The notes beneath the pieces are model-generated. The model saw only the letters and a program-made list of their open reading frames with translations, did no database searches and had not been told where the DNA came from. 64,000 bases of DNA from Octopus vulgaris (lineage: Eukaryota), in contig OX597830.1 of NCBI GenBank assembly GCA_951406725.2, positions 70,184,001-70,248,000 of the forward strand, given 5' to 3'. Positions within the stretch are counted from its first letter, which is position 1, and each line of letters opens with the position of its first letter. Of this stretch, positions 40,861 through 56,105 are shown one piece after another. The translations under genes were made by a program, and so were the position numbers.

Positions 40861-41569
40861 TTGTGTGTATAGGTTTGCATGTGTGTCTGTGTTGGTTAAG
40901 TTGTTGTTGATGGCAGTGGCGTTGGTGTTGCTGGTAGTGGTGGTTATGGCAATGGATGTGGTGGTGGTGGTGGTGGTGGTGGTGGTGGTGGTGGTGGTGG
41001 TGGTGGTAGTGGTGGTGATAGTGATGGTAGTTGTAGTGTTGGTGTTGGTGGTGGTGGTTGGTGGTCGTGGTGGTGATGGTGGTAGGTAATGGGTAATGGC
41101 TGTCTGGTTATTGAATTCTGAGGTGAGCTTTAACTCCGTTGATAATTAATTGTATAGCGGCTTTATCGATATATGTTGCAGCTAAAAGACAAAAACAAAA
41201 ACCAACAAAAACAAAAAAAAAAAGACAACAACCGACGGCGGCATCCACGTATAAAAAAAAAAACCCCAAAACAATAACAATAACAATAACAACAATAACA
41301 ACGACAATGATAAATCATAACATCATCAACAACAATAATAAATACAACATAAATGAATGAACTTGCAATGAAGACAAGATTGACTATAAAGAAAGAAAGG
41401 AAGGAAGAAAGGAAGGAAGAAGGAGAGGAAAAATCTCAGTAATATCGTCATTTAAAGTAAAAAGAACAATGGGGGGAATAAATGAAAAGAAAAACGAAAA
41501 CAAAATCCTACACAAAAAAATTTTAAAAAACCCTAAAAAATACACAAGAATACAAACAGGCAAATAATT

Positions 41570-42032
41570 GCTTCTAATTCAGGAACAAGACCTAAGATTT
41601 CAAGATAAGGTTAGTCGATACCATCGCCCCCCAGTACTTGACTGGTACTTTATATTAATTATTAATTATCAATCACGGAAGGATGAAAGGTAGCATTTTG
41701 ACCTCAGCGGGATTTGAACTTAGAATGTACAGAGCTGGAAGAAAGGACCCGCAAGATATTTTTACCGGCTCTCTAACGATCATGCCAGTTCATCGTTCAC
41801 AAGCCAAATGGCGGTTACAAATTTAAGCACAAGGCCAGAAATTTTGAGGGAGAGATGGGTTAATCAATATCATCGACCCTAGTACTTGACCGATACTCTA
41901 TTTTATTATCGGCTCCGTAAGAATGAAAGGTAAAGTGAACCCCGGCAGGAATTGAACTAAAAATTTAAAAAGCCCGTAGAAATACGGCAAGGCGTTTTTA
42001 CCGATGTCTTAACGACACAGCAAACTTATTGC
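41570..42032 (-). mobile_element. Two tandem SINE family B copies
   Basis: CAGTACTTGACTGGTAC..GGATGAAAGG..GATTTGAAC at 41570-41795, repeated at 41815-42032. Confidence 0.7.
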
Positions 42033-42049
42033 CCTGTTGTGTAGTTGTT

Positions 42050-42307
42050 TTTGTTGTTGCTGTTGTTGTTAAGCCCACCCGCACCTCGCCCCAACCTGAT
42101 TGAACAGACCAAGGATCATTGCAATATGGGTCCATCTAATTCCCCCCCCCCCCCCCAATCTGTGTATTCTTACCTAAGAACAGGACAGAGATTTCGGTTC
42201 ACATTTTAGGATGCCAAGCAATCACGTAGAGCTCTCTCACCGATTCGAAAGAAACCAGGTTTGATTATCTTTATATGCATGTGTATGTGTGTGTCTATGT
42301 ATGTACG

Positions 42308-42368
<61 letters not shown>

Positions 42369-42690
42369 CATCTTGAATGCAGTATGACAATAACAAACTA
42401 ACCTAGCACCTGTTGTTGCTGTTGGATTCGCAACTACCATGAACAAGTGTTCTTGTTGCTATTGCTGGCTGTGTTGTGGTGGTTGTGGTGACATTGTTAC
42501 TGTTTAGTGCAAGATCAGCTCTGATCCAACAGATCCTATGATGACCAAAGACGTTCCAATCATGGACGACCCATTTTTTCTGAATACCTTCGAACACAAA
42601 TTCCATTCATTTTGTATATTTAACTCTAGGGTACGATTTAAGTGAGATTTTGAGACTTCACTGCTATTTCTCAAAGGTCAAGAAACGGAG
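42050..42690 (-). mobile_element. Two diverged family D copies (about 42050-42240 and 42500-42690)
   Basis: (GTT)n tail, TGATCCAACAGATCCTATGATGACCAAAGACGTTCCA and CTGCTATTTCT motifs. Confidence 0.45.
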
Positions 42691-42692
42691 AT

Positions 42693-42739
42693 TATAGAAT
42701 CCACGTTGGCTATAGAATCCACGTTGGCTATAGAATCCG
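42693..42739. repeat. 18-bp tandem repeat, about 2.5 copies
   Basis: TATAGAATCCACGTTGGC is repeated. Confidence 0.85.
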
Positions 42740-44589
42740 CAAGTAATATTTCTTCTAAGTGACCAGACCTATATATACTCACCAACAACCTCACCTCAAA
42801 CCAGTTGCAGTGGAAACGTATCAGTGATGAGGTTGCAGCAGGTGCGACGAAAATCTTGACATCGTATGATAAATATTTCAGTGAAGTTGACAGACACTAC
42901 GTATTTTAGAATGGTTAATCTGTCTCTTCTACACCATAATAGTTTTCGTTTCGGAATGACCAGAATCCCGCTGGCTTGAAATTTCGAAGTATCTCCTCTA
43001 TGGATAAAGTACAAAAGTACTAAATCTCATAGATAGGATGAGAGGAAGAAAGAAAGTGATATGAATCAAGCAAAAGAGACGACTTATTTTCTTCCTTCCT
43101 TCTTTCTATCTTTCTTTTTCTTTATATTTATTATTGTTATTATCTATTTTTTAGAATGTGGTGAGGAAATTCTAGAATATAATCATTTGTTTGTAATGTG
43201 TTCTGTTCATATATTGTTCATGGTCGAAAAGATATGAGTTGATAGCTAGCAAAGCAGAGCGATTTGCTTCGTCCAAAGTCCAAAAGTCCCTAGCGTAGAG
43301 GTGAGTTAATCTCCACATAATCCCACCCACTTTGTTCTAATAAAACAAAAGCAGATCTTTTACTTGTTATGTTTAGGTTACATTATAGATGGCGCTGCTG
43401 TAGTCTCTATGAATGACACGACCAAACAGTAAATATGCGAACGTGTAAAACAAGTCATGGCGATAACGTCCTTTGACTGCAACATACGTGATTTTATTCC
43501 TTGTGTAAATAAAGATCTGGCGGTGCAGATAACCGTAAAAAGGGATCCTTTAACTGAGTGGAGGTCACAATAAAATGTGCTTTGGGGTCGAAAGGCTTCA
43601 GTTATCGACCCACTACGGTCTTTTATGGTATTCCTAATTCGATCCCACAAACACATGAGATCCGCTTGACGAGGTAATTATATTTATGTAGTGTATGTAT
43701 TGTATGTATGTATGTATGTATATATTTACGTACGTACATACGTAAGTATGTATGTATGTATGCATATAAGTATGTGTGCGTATGTGTTTGCGTGTATGTG
43801 TGTGTATGTGTGTGTATATATGTATCCACATACATGTCTGTGTACGCTTATACGTAGTAATGAGTATGTTGCAGCATAGATGTTTCTTCTATGACAATTC
43901 AAATGCTTCGGCACGCATGCGTGCCTTCGAACGTAGTTACACACACACACACAGTCTCTCTCTCTCTTCCTCTATCTCTCTTTCTCTCTTCCTCCCTCTC
44001 CCCCTTCCCCTCTCTCTTTTCCTCTCTCTCTTTCTCTCTTCCACTCTTTTTCTCTCTTCCACCCTCTTTCTCTCTTCCTCTCCCCTTCCTCTCTCTCTCT
44101 CTTCCTCTCTTCCTCTCTCTCCCCTTTTCTCTCTCTCTTCCTCTCTCCACCCTTCCTCTCTCTTTCTCTGTTCCTCTCTCTCCCCTTCCTCTCTCTCTTT
44201 CTCTCCACCTTCCTCTCTCTCTCTTCCTCTCTCGTTCCTCTCTTTCTTCCACTCTCTCTATCACATACACGCACACACACAGTCTCTCTCTCCTCCCCAC
44301 ACACATACATACACGTGCATACATACATACATACATACATACATACAAACATACATACATACATACATATCGTATCAGACTGTATACCAATTGCACAGTT
44401 TGTTTTCTTTCTTTTCCTCTCTTCTTCTCTTTTTCTTCCTCTCCATCTCTCTCCCTCTCTCTCTTCCGCTTGCTATTTCCTTCTGTCGGTTGTCTGCTTT
44501 CCTAAATCCGGTATATGTGCATCTACTTGCTCTTTTGCTATTTTTCCTATCACTTTCTCTATTTCTCGATATATATACATACATACACT

Positions 44590-44620
<31 letters not shown>

Positions 44621-44629
44621 ACATACACT

Positions 44630-44697
<68 letters not shown>

Positions 44698-44745
44698 TAT
44701 ATATATATATAAGTATATAATTGTGTGTGTATACAGAGATGTATG

Positions 44746-44782
<37 letters not shown>

Positions 44783-44856
44783 ACACACACATATTGTACA
44801 CAACACACGCACACACACGACATGCACACATGTAAAGCGCACACATTCATAAAAAA

Positions 44857-45589
44857 GGAGCAGAGAGGACGGGCGTTTTTGAAATCGCTATTACTCACCC
44901 TCAGGGTAAGGGACATATGCCCATCCGATACCATTCGGTCGGTGTTGTCTTAGCATTTTTTTCTTTTCGGGTGAAGCCATGGCACTGTGGACGATTGGGC
45001 GTCGCGCGTTTGCCTACGAAAGTTACGCGAAGAATAATGAGTCAGTCATAGCAGTTCAGCCTGAGCTTCGGCCTCACTTCAACATTCACCGAAATCAAGC
45101 TGTTCCCACCCGTAACACAATTTTACGAAGGGTGAATGCATTTCGTACACGAGGTACACTAATGAATAGGAGACCAGTGGGGCGCCACGAACGGTACGGA
45201 CCCCGGAAAAAAATGGAACGCGTCAGACAAGCTTTGATACGGAGTCCAAATCACTCTGCTGAGAGGCATTTCACTGAAATTGGCATCGGTAATCGATCGG
45301 TAAAGCGTATTTTGCATGAAGACCCGTACAAATTGGTCATTAAGCAACAGTTGAAACCATGGGACTATGCACAGAGCAATGCTGGAGAGAGTGGAAGCCA
45401 ACTTCCAAGAATGCCTTCAGAAATGCGGAAATGAAAACGGACACTGCATGATGGATGTTGTTTTCTACACTTGATTTTCACAAGTGCTAATTCAATACGA
45501 ACAAGTTGATGTCAATAAAATTTGTTGGCAGCTAAAATTAAGGAATTTGAGAATTTTTCAAAAACGTCCCTCCTCTCTGCTCCACTCTG
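44857..45589 (+). mobile_element. Internally deleted Tc1/mariner transposon
   Basis: TIR GGAGCAGAGAGGACGGGCGTTTTTGAAA pairs with TTTCAAAAACGTCCCTCCTCTCTGCTCC(ACTCTG). From ATG 44979 it encodes an HTH-type N-terminus (FAYESY..SVIAVQ..F..VPTRNTILR..F..G..RSPNHS..SVKRIL..PYK) with a frameshift, then jumps to a C-terminal remnant (LERVEANFQECLQKC..NGH). The catalytic domain is absent. Confidence 0.85.
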
Positions 45590-47033
45590 TTTATACATAA
45601 ACATAAATGCACATATGAACATACACATGCATAGATTCATATGCACACTTACCTATGCGTACAAATACACACACATCTATGTGTGTGTGCGTGTGCTTGT
45701 GTGTGTATGTGTGCGCGTGTGCTCATGTGTGTGTGCGTGTGTGTATGTGTGCATGTGAGTGTGGGTGTATGCTTATCTATCTACCAATCTGTATTTTATA
45801 TTTACCTTGTCTAGAAAGTGAAAGTGAAACATAGCACCATGGTGAGAGAATGAGCAAAACGCGCGGGAAAATGAGAGAGAGAGAGAGAGAGAGAGATAGA
45901 TAGATAGATAGAGAGAGAGAGAAAGAGAGATAGAAAGACAGGGAAGAAAGAGAGAGAGAAATACAATGAAGGCAAGAGAGAGAAAAAACGACAGACAGTC
46001 AGACAGAGAGAAAGATGAACAGACAGCCGAGTAAATCATTCCAAAACAAGTTTTCGCTTGTTTTTTTTTCTTTTGTTTTCTCTTTTGTTTTTGTTTTTCT
46101 TTAAGCGTATTCTAATTTTTCTGCATAAATAAATTATAATTTATTAATGCCTTTATAATAACATCCACAAAACTGAGGACAAAGGATTAAACGATATTGG
46201 AGAGGAGAAAAAAAAATACAAAACAAAACAAGCTTGGAATTGTATTGTATTTGTATATTTTAAATGTTTTGCAATATTAACTTTGTTTGTTTGATTATGT
46301 ATTTTAACAGGGGAGAAAAAATAAAAGGAAAATATATTTGAATAGAAGGCGAGAGAAAGGGTTCCAAATGCTTTCTACTTATTGCTATGCTAATGACAGC
46401 TGGGAAACGATTGTTAACAATAACAACAAGGATAACTGCAATTGCAAAGATGAAAAGAGTAATATCTGCCAAGTGGATCTTTAAGTGGCACCAATAATTG
46501 GTGAATCACAGTTCACACTGACATCTGCTGGTGGTTGGTAGGGAGATAGAGAGACAGAGAGAGAGAGAGAGTGAGAGAGAAAGAGTCAGATACAGAGGAA
46601 AAGAGAAGGTAAGAGAGAAGTTGTGGAGAGAAAATGCAAGGGAGAGAAATCGTTCATGAATGCCGACCTACTTCTTGGCCTCGCTTTGACTGAATCACAC
46701 ACGATTGAAGGCTCAATAACTTTAGAATAATCCCCTCTCTGAACTATGATGGTTCAATTAAAAATGGCGTCGTTATGCTTGTGATCAAAGTGAATTCGGT
46801 GTATTATAATAAAAATAGATTAGATTAATGTAATTCCGTTGGCAACAGAGTGAACCGAGGCCAGGTGAATACAGGCATCGAGTTGCGAGCTCAGGGGTCA
46901 TTGCAGAAGAAGAGAAACATACTCAATCCGTACGGCTGGAGCATATAGACAATAGCTAGATAGATACGTTAGATGGATAGACAGACAGATAGACCATACT
47001 GAGACATTTAGATGGACAGATAGACTGAACAAC

Positions 47034-47084
<51 letters not shown>

Positions 47085-47128
47085 TATATATACCTCATAG
47101 ATGAGATCAAGATATTCTCCTTATATAT

Positions 47129-47200
<72 letters not shown>

Positions 47201-47447
47201 GAGAGTGGATTGATGCAAAGATAGATAGACACACATACATACAGATGGAGGGATTAATATACGTGCGTGCGTGCGCGCGCATATGTATAAAGGCGTACAG
47301 ATACATAGATAGTTGCTAGCTATATATACTTAAATGTACAGACAGACAGGCAGACAGATCGATAAAAAGATTAGAGTACATACGCACACACAAACATACA
47401 CATATATACACATACACACAAATACATGCATATATATATACATATAC

Positions 47448-47504
<57 letters not shown>

Positions 47505-47860
47505 GATGGGTGAATGGATGAATGGATGGGTGGATGGCTAGATGCATTTGCATAGACAGAAAAAAATTGATGGATAGATTAGGTACGTGTAAAAGGGTAT
47601 ATTCGGTAAACAAGTGAAGTTAAAAGTTGTCAACGAAGACGTGATATATGAAACGTAGATTAAATATATACACACATAAAAAAAAGTATACATACATTAA
47701 TATTACACACGTATACATATATTTATATATATATGCATGTAGACACACACACACACACACATGTATTTATGTATGTCTATATATCGGAAGGGAATAATGA
47801 GTATATTGGAAAATATGAAAATAAAAAAAAGTGATACAGGAAAAGACGACGAATATATAT

Positions 47861-48008
<148 letters not shown>

Positions 48009-48435
48009 GAATATCTAAATAAATGAGAGCGGAAGGGAGAAAAAAAAATGAATAGACCAATAGAGAAAGGGAAAATGAATAATAAGATAAAAAGAAAGAA
48101 AAAAAACGTTTAAACATTTAAAAAAAAAAAACTCCAACCTAACTAAATACATAAAGAAAGAAAAAAAGATAAAAGAAACGTGCAGCAGAGAACAGGATAT
48201 ACAGAGAAGCGAGGCTGGTTAAAGTTCCAAATCCGGATAGAATACGATCAAATGATGAAGTGTATGAAATAGCAGTGAAAGGGGTGGATGAGTTAGAAGG
48301 GTTTTAGAAGGGTTTTAGAAGTCGATTCAGAAAGTAATGTTGACATATGGTGCAACGCAGCGTGCATGGGATTTATGTTAATTTTCGTTTAATTTCATAT
48401 CATACATACATATACATACATATATATACATACAT

Positions 48436-48508
<73 letters not shown>

Positions 48509-49000
48509 CATATATATGTATGTGTGTATATGATTCCCTAAAAAGAACTGGAAATATGCACACTTATATATGTGTGTATATTATGCTGTATATGTCTAGT
48601 TTTTTTTGAGGAGGCTTTTTTTTTCAAAAATATGAAATGAAAAGCAAAGTATAAAACACATTTTTGTCTTCACTTTCATGTTGCACGTTTACGTATATAT
48701 TGTATACATATTTGCGTGTTAATATGTGTGTGAGTGTGTGTGTGTGTTTATGTGTGTGTTTGTGTGTGATTGTGTATGTGTATGACTGCACGTCGGCACA
48801 CATCCATTACTGTTACATATATATATATTTATATATGTGTATGCACGAGAATGGATGTTCTTTGAGACATGCATTCATATACTTGTATATTGGAGTACAT
48901 ACATACATACATACACAAGCATACACACATACACGCAGACACACTCACACACACACGCATATGCATAATCATGAGCACGTAATAATGTACACACAAACAC

Positions 49001-49054
<54 letters not shown>

Positions 49055-49226
49055 GTGTACACAATCGCACGTGCGCGTTTAACACGGAAAAACAGCTTAG
49101 TTCATTTAAGTTCAGATTTTGTAATACTTAAAATGTTGGGCCTTATTTCATTTCCATGTTTACTTTTCTCACCCACCCCTCCTTGCTCCCTTTCCATCCC
49201 ACCGTTTCTCCATTCGCATTTTGGTG

Positions 49227-49288
<62 letters not shown>

Positions 49289-49459
49289 GTATTGAATTCA
49301 GTTTGGTCTTATGCCTGCAAAGACATTTTTTTTTTGTAATATGCATAATCTCTATTTGGGAACAAATATATATATATTTATAAATATAAAAAATTATAAA
49401 CGTAGTCAAATGGATATTAACGTTTATATAATGTTCGTCCTGTCTTCTCCCGCCTTCAA

Positions 49460-49501
<42 letters not shown>

Positions 49502-50343
49502 CCTCAACTATATCTGTCTGGCTATCGCTCTATCTCATTCGTTCGCTCTCATATTTTAATCTATTTGTTTGTTTATTTATTCTAGATATCCATAAAGCAT
49601 TAATTGATCAATGAAATTATAGTTGCTATTTGATTTTGATGATTATAATACTCACGTACACACACATACACGTACACATACACGTGCATAAGCCTATGCA
49701 CACACATACACACACACACATATATATACACACACTTCCACTCTTCTGCATATATTCACATTCAAACATGTACACACAGACACTCAGACACACTCGCACG
49801 CTCGTACACTGACACACAGAGACACACACGCACACACACTTACACAGACACACACATACACACACAAACACAGAGACAGAGGCCATGCTTGGAATAATGA
49901 TAGAACAGAAGTCATGCTGTGAATAATGATAAAATATGTCGGCCATATTTGAAGAGCACAAAACAAAAAACAAAAACAAAAAATACAAGAAACAATAATA
50001 ATAAAAGAACGAGAGAAAAAAAGGAATAAAAATAAAGAAAAAGTTAAAAATATATAACAAATAAATAAAAGAGAAAATAACACGAATATAAAAAGCTCAA
50101 CAAAATATATAAAAACACATAAAAAGAAACCCGAAAGAAAACCTTACTTACCATCGAAGCGTCTAATAATTATAACACATTCTTGCTTTTAACACTAATT
50201 ATGGCTAATTTTTCATTTCACTGAATTCGACTCATCTTTTAAGGCAAGATTATAATAGATTATTGGTGTTTCGACTAACCTCAATATACGGCATTGTTAT
50301 TATTGTACTTTCTCGTGTATGTGAGTGTGTGTGTGTATGTATG

Positions 50344-50403
<60 letters not shown>

Positions 50404-50463
50404 AATACGTGTGTGCATGTGTGTATGTGTGAGTATGTATTATATATATATATATATGTGTGC

Positions 50464-50504
<41 letters not shown>

Positions 50505-50578
50505 ACTTTCTCGTGTGTGTATGTGTACGTATATATATATATGTCTATCTATATACCTACATCTGTCTATCATCTATC

Positions 50579-50740
<162 letters not shown>

Positions 50741-51379
50741 TTAGTTAGCTACCTAGCTAGCTATTTACCTCTCTCTCTATATATATATATGTTAGACATA
50801 AAGATAATTTGCAAGCGTATGACACCCTTCTGTTGTCGTTCTAACTCATAAATGAACTGAAGGAGGGCAGCGAACGTATCAGGTCAACAATACTCTTGTG
50901 TTTTCTGTCCTTATGACCGACTTCATAGGTGCTCTTCTGTGTTCCATGGTCAACCGTTGCTGCCTGTTTCCTCCCTGATTGACCATCACACCTTAATATT
51001 CTGATTGAATCTTTGGGGTTTTTTTGTACACATATATATATATATACTTATTAATTTTTTGTTGTATTTTTTCACCATTAGGCCTTTTGACAATACTTCA
51101 TTGATCAAAGATACGTTTTATTAACACCTAGATGTGGTTCTGTTAATCTCCGTATGTGCGCATGTATATATGTGTATGGGCATATGTATGTATGCATTGT
51201 GCGCGTTTGTGTGTGTGTGAGTGTATGTGTGTATGTGTGTGTATGTGTGTGCTTATGTATGTACATATTTGACTGTATGTAAGAGTTAGCTGAAGATCGA
51301 TTTCTCAGAACTGAATTTTTGAAGAGTAGAAAGAGACTATTGTACAAAAGTAAAAAAAAATAGCTATTATAGAGCACTC

Positions 51380-51437
<58 letters not shown>

Positions 51438-51439
<2 letters not shown>

Positions 51440-51745
51440 GGGGGGGTACAAGGAGATATCACTTTCTACCACCTGATATCAACCCATATCATGCCAATGA
51501 AATTGGAGGGAATGTACCTTTTATTCGAAAGGTACAGCCTTACTACACACCTGCAATTCTACTTTAATTAATAACTGAACCCTCCCCACCATATATATAT
51601 ATATATATATATATAGGTTGGGTATTAGTTGTTACAAAACTAGGAGGACTTATACGTGAAAAAGTATTTAATACACTTTGAAAAATATAAACGGATTCAT
51701 ATATTTTGAACCGTAGCTCTTTCTCTTTCGGTCTTATATTCTTAT
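51438..51745. mobile_element. Two probable Penelope-like tail remnants separated by (TA)n
   Basis: Short unique inserts between (TA)n runs, with TTCGAAAGGTACAGCC on + and CCGAAAGAGAAAGAGCTA on -. Weak hammerhead 3'-half resemblance only. Confidence 0.3.
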
Positions 51746-52486
51746 ATTTATATATATATATATATATACACGTATGTATGCATGTATGTATCTATGGATG
51801 CATATGTGTGATGATATATATGAGTATTTGTATATATTTCTATTTACGTATTTATACGTATATACACAGATATCTGCATTTGTGTGTGTGTAGCGTTATC
51901 TATTATTCTACAGTAATAATAATAACAATGAGAAAAACAGAGATAATTTCGACTTGCAGGCACAGTATGAAAGTTATATTTGTCCCTTTCGGGCAACAGC
52001 AAAACTATCGGTGACATCACACATCACGTTACACGCGTTGTCTTGTCTCTTGCTTTAACAACTACGAGAAAGAAAGAGAGAAAGAGAGAAAGAGAGAGAG
52101 AGAAAGAGGAGAGAAAAGAGAGAAAAAGAGAGAATGAGTATGTGTGTGTTTGTGGCAGGTGTGTGTGTGTGTGCGCATGCACGTGTTTCTTTGAGAGTGT
52201 GTTAATAACCATTTCCATAGCAAGTTGAAGACAAAACCTTTGAAATCATCACCACTGTCACCATCACCTCCACCGTCCAACCCCCAGCACTACTACTACC
52301 ACCACCATTACCATCACCACTACCCCAACCACACCACCTTCACCACCACCACCACCACTATCACCACTACCACCGCCACCAATACCACCATCAACAATAA
52401 CCGCAACACCTTGTTAGCCACGTACTATCCCTAAGCTATAGATATCTGGTTTCAGAATTCGGAAATTAGGAAAGTGACTGATTGAT

Positions 52487-52546
<60 letters not shown>

Positions 52547-52587
52547 GGATAGTGGTAACATTAGTAGTGGTTGTAGTAGTAGCAGTT

Positions 52588-52627
<40 letters not shown>

Positions 52628-53544
52628 CAGCAGCAGCAGTGCAGTAATAGTGGTGGTAGAAGTTGTCGATGTAGTAGTAGTAGTAGTAGTACTAGTGTGT
52701 TGTTTTTCGTTTCTAAATTTTACAGTTTTGACTTTATATACTTGGTGCCGATTTTTTATTTTTATTGTTGTTGTTATTGTTGTTGTTGTTGTTTTCTTTT
52801 TCCCATCTCATTCAGGAACGTTATACATTTCTGCTCGCTTAGTGCCTGAGAACAAAACATTTCACGCTCCAGTTACAACAAAACTTGTCTGTTTTATCCA
52901 GGGATCCCTTGGTATCGAAATCATACAACAAGATTTTCCATTGATAAGGAGGAAGTCTCTCTCGGCCACTGTTTATAGTTCTCTATACGATAGACATCAC
53001 ACAGCTATAGCCACATCCATTAGCAATATTACAGCCACAGATCAAACAATTTTACCAGTGAGCCAAACCAAACCGCCAGTTTCATGCTTCGGGCTTACTA
53101 TAGAAGCTGTCTGTATGTAAACCGTTGACACCATTGCTAGCATTCACAGTTTTGAGGGGAGATTGTTTCCGGTAATTAGTACCAGCCATTGATTTATTGG
53201 TCACTATTGATCTCTTTAGAAACAGGAACTCATCCACACGCATACACATGCATACACGCTTGTGGTAGTAAAAGCGTATATGTTAGCGTGCATGTGTATG
53301 TGTGCGTGTCTGAGTGAATACGTGTATGAATGATTATATCCAGGATTGAAACGAGATTTCCTTCCAATAAGATGATTCCAGTGTAATGCAGTATTCAAGT
53401 AGTTCCCTTCACCTATGGTTTTGATATAAAGGAATGAACATCACAACACAGCATGCCAGATATTTAAAAAGTTAGTTGATTCATATACAGCATTCAGCTG
53501 TTGTTTATTTACTGGGTTGCTTGGGACCAGTGTTTTTACAAAGT

Positions 53545-53730
53545 GGTGAGCCAGCATGTTGAAGGAAATGTTTAGCAACGTTTTCTTCCGCTCTTTACGT
53601 TCTGGGTTCAGATCCCGCCGAGGTCAACTTTGTCTTTTTATTCCTTCGGGAGTCCATAAAATAAAGCACTAGTAACGTACTGGTATCGATGTAATCAATT
53701 TGCTCTCTACCCTCAAAATTGCTGGCCTTG
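53545..53730 (+). mobile_element. SINE family B
   Basis: GGGTTCAGATCCCGCCGAGGTCAACTTTG..TTCCTTCGGGAGTC core. Confidence 0.7.
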
Positions 53731-53962
53731 AACTCTGCAACAGACCGGCGTTTCGTTTAAGGGAAATATAGTGATCTCGGTCACTTGTACGCTATGGGAA
53801 CCAGGTGACCGGCTTTATGAGTCTAATGGCTCAAGAGCCAGAGCGAAAGAGAAAGAGCGCGAGAGGGGGATAGAGAGAAAGAGAGGGGGAAAGAAAGAAA
53901 GAAAGAGAAAGCAAATTACAACATAGAGCCTCAAAACACGCCTGTACTGTAACAGAATTAAA

Positions 53963-54369
53963 CTCTTTACTCTTTTACTCGTTCCAGTCATTTGACTGTG
54001 GCCATGCTGGTGCACAGCCTTTAGTCGAGAAAATCGACCCCAGGACTTATTCTTTGTAAGCCTAGTACTTATTCTATCGGGCTCTTTTGCCGAACCCCTA
54101 AGTTACGGGGACGTAAACACACCAGCATCGGTTGTCAAGCGATGTTGGGTGGGGGGACAAACACAGACACACAAACATACACACACACATACATATAAAT
54201 ATACATATATACGACGGGCTTCTTACAGTTTCCGTCTACCAAATCCACTCACAAGGCTTTGGTCGGCCCGAGGCTATAGTAGAAGACACTTGCCCAAGGT
54301 GCCACGCAGTGGGACTGAACCCGGAATCATGTGGTTGGTAAGCAAGCTACTTACCACACAGCCACTCCT
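53963..54369 (-). mobile_element. SINE family A, full length
   Basis: Colinear with 2117-2532, with intact A and B boxes. Confidence 0.9.
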
Positions 54370-55744
54370 TGTGAAAACTTCTAGTGTAATTGTTTTAACG
54401 CAAGCACATCAAAGCTTTATATAGTTTGGGACTTCATCAACACTGAGCTCAAGATGAGTTAGATTCACTTTCAAAATCTATCGAATTTACTCCGCTTGAG
54501 TTTACGTTTTATAGGAAACTAATGTAGCGACACATTGATTCGGGGCATAGATTCGAAGAGGATCGAATTGGAAATCTGAAGTGTCGTGTGAACCTCTATT
54601 TTAAAGACTTTTTATTTATTAACTCTTCAACAATTAAGCTATTCAAATTACTTGATTCACGGAATTATAATTAGTGTCATATGTATGTAGGTTCTTCTTT
54701 ATGGCCTAGTCGGAATGGGGGAAAGCGACGGCTACGTTCTTTTGCAGAGCGTCGGATACTAAAGGGAAGGTGATGAGAAAGCATATATCATCAGGTATTG
54801 TCTCTCTTGTGGATTTCCGGATTGTTTCCATCTAAACAATTTCATTCGGGAAGTTTGGGTCTACTCAAAGTTACGCTACACAATAATTGGCAATGGCGGA
54901 CGCTCAGTGTGTTCGAATTTTGGAACCACGTGATTAGGAGCAAACTTCTGAATCACACAGCTATGCCTAAGCTAATTGTAAACGGCATGAGCAATGGTCT
55001 ACAAAAATCGCGATTGTAAATAGCAAGGAAAAGCCTTCGTCAGCTAACTCTGAAATAACTTCAACTACATCACAAGCGGTGTCATCCATACACAGATACT
55101 TCTGTGTTGTTGTTGTGCAATCCCAAGGCTATACAGGTTGGATACACCTATAGCACGTTGGATGTCAATTGAACTATTACGTAAGCTTGATCCAAAGATC
55201 CATAGCTCATTCTTATATACATTACCTGGGAATCCTTTTCTTATCGCAACGATATCAGTTGAATATCTTTAAAAGGATCAGGCTATCAAAGATTATCAGT
55301 TGCCTTTCGTTAAATCGGAAGCCTTAACAACGAGCTGTACTATGCATTACTTCTGATATTGTTTTCATTAAGATATTCCTAGATTAATTACCCGATCAAC
55401 TATGCATTTATGAACAGTCACTAGAGTTGGTCTATTGAACTAAGATTATTGGACAAAGATTAACAGTGAAGACATCAGATGGAGAGACGGAAGTGATGAA
55501 AATGTTACTGGTACTTTATTTTATCAGTCCCTCGGGGGTGAAGAGATTAGGAAGCGAGTTAAGTACTGAGGTCATGACACCAGTCAAAACACTCCCCCTC
55601 CTCTCAAAACAACTGACCTTATGCTTGAATCAGGGGTCATTGCCGCTGTCATTGTTGGCATTGTTCTTTTTTGACTTAATCTTAGACGTTAAACGAAGCC
55701 GATAATTGCTGTTGTTGCTTTGTGAGTTAGATGCACTAATTCTT

Positions 55745-55880
55745 TCTGATTTTGGCATAAGGCCATCAATTTTGACGGGAAGGAAGTCCATTATATCGAA
55801 CCCAGTGCTTAACTGATCGTATTTCATCGACCTCGAAAGGATGAAAAGCAAAGTCGACGTTGACTGCATTTAAACTCAGT
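55745..55880 (-). mobile_element. SINE family B fragment
   Basis: CATCGACCTCGAAAGGATGAAAAGCAAAGTCGAC core. Confidence 0.65.
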
Positions 55881-55934
55881 GAGTTAAGCACAATAATGCC
55901 AATGACCACGTTGTTATCGTTGGTTCTGGTGGGG

Positions 55935-56105
55935 TTGTTATTGTTGTTAAACAATCCCATTCCAGTCATGACCATTCCGACTTTTATCCAGGATTATATA
56001 ACCCAATATTTCCTTAATTTATTTTTAAAAGTAGAGTGTGATTTGAGGAGAGATAGAGATGCTACTTCTAGCTGGTCGAGTGACTTCGGAGAGGCCATCT
56101 CGTAG
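55935..56105 (-). mobile_element. Family D retroposon copy
   Basis: Minus strand CGAGATGGCCTCTCCGAAGTCACTCGACCAGCTAGAAGTAGCATC..CTCTCCTCAAATCACAC, with a (CAA)-like tail. Confidence 0.55.

Noticed and set aside
42796-42998. Possible minus-strand exon
   Set aside because: All three frames contain a stop before the donor-like site, and no protein similarity is recognisable.
43301-43376. 76-nt GT-AG intron-like segment with a CTAAT branch-like motif
   Set aside because: Flanking frames hit stop codons quickly and encode nothing recognisable. It cannot be distinguished from chance without RNA data.
50860-50990. Structured ncRNA (GGCAGCGAACG / CGTTGCTGCC pairing)
   Set aside because: Only short scattered complementarity, with no family-defining boxes.
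52891-53120. Possible coding exon after TTTTATCCAG
   Set aside because: No recognisable motif, and no partner exons.
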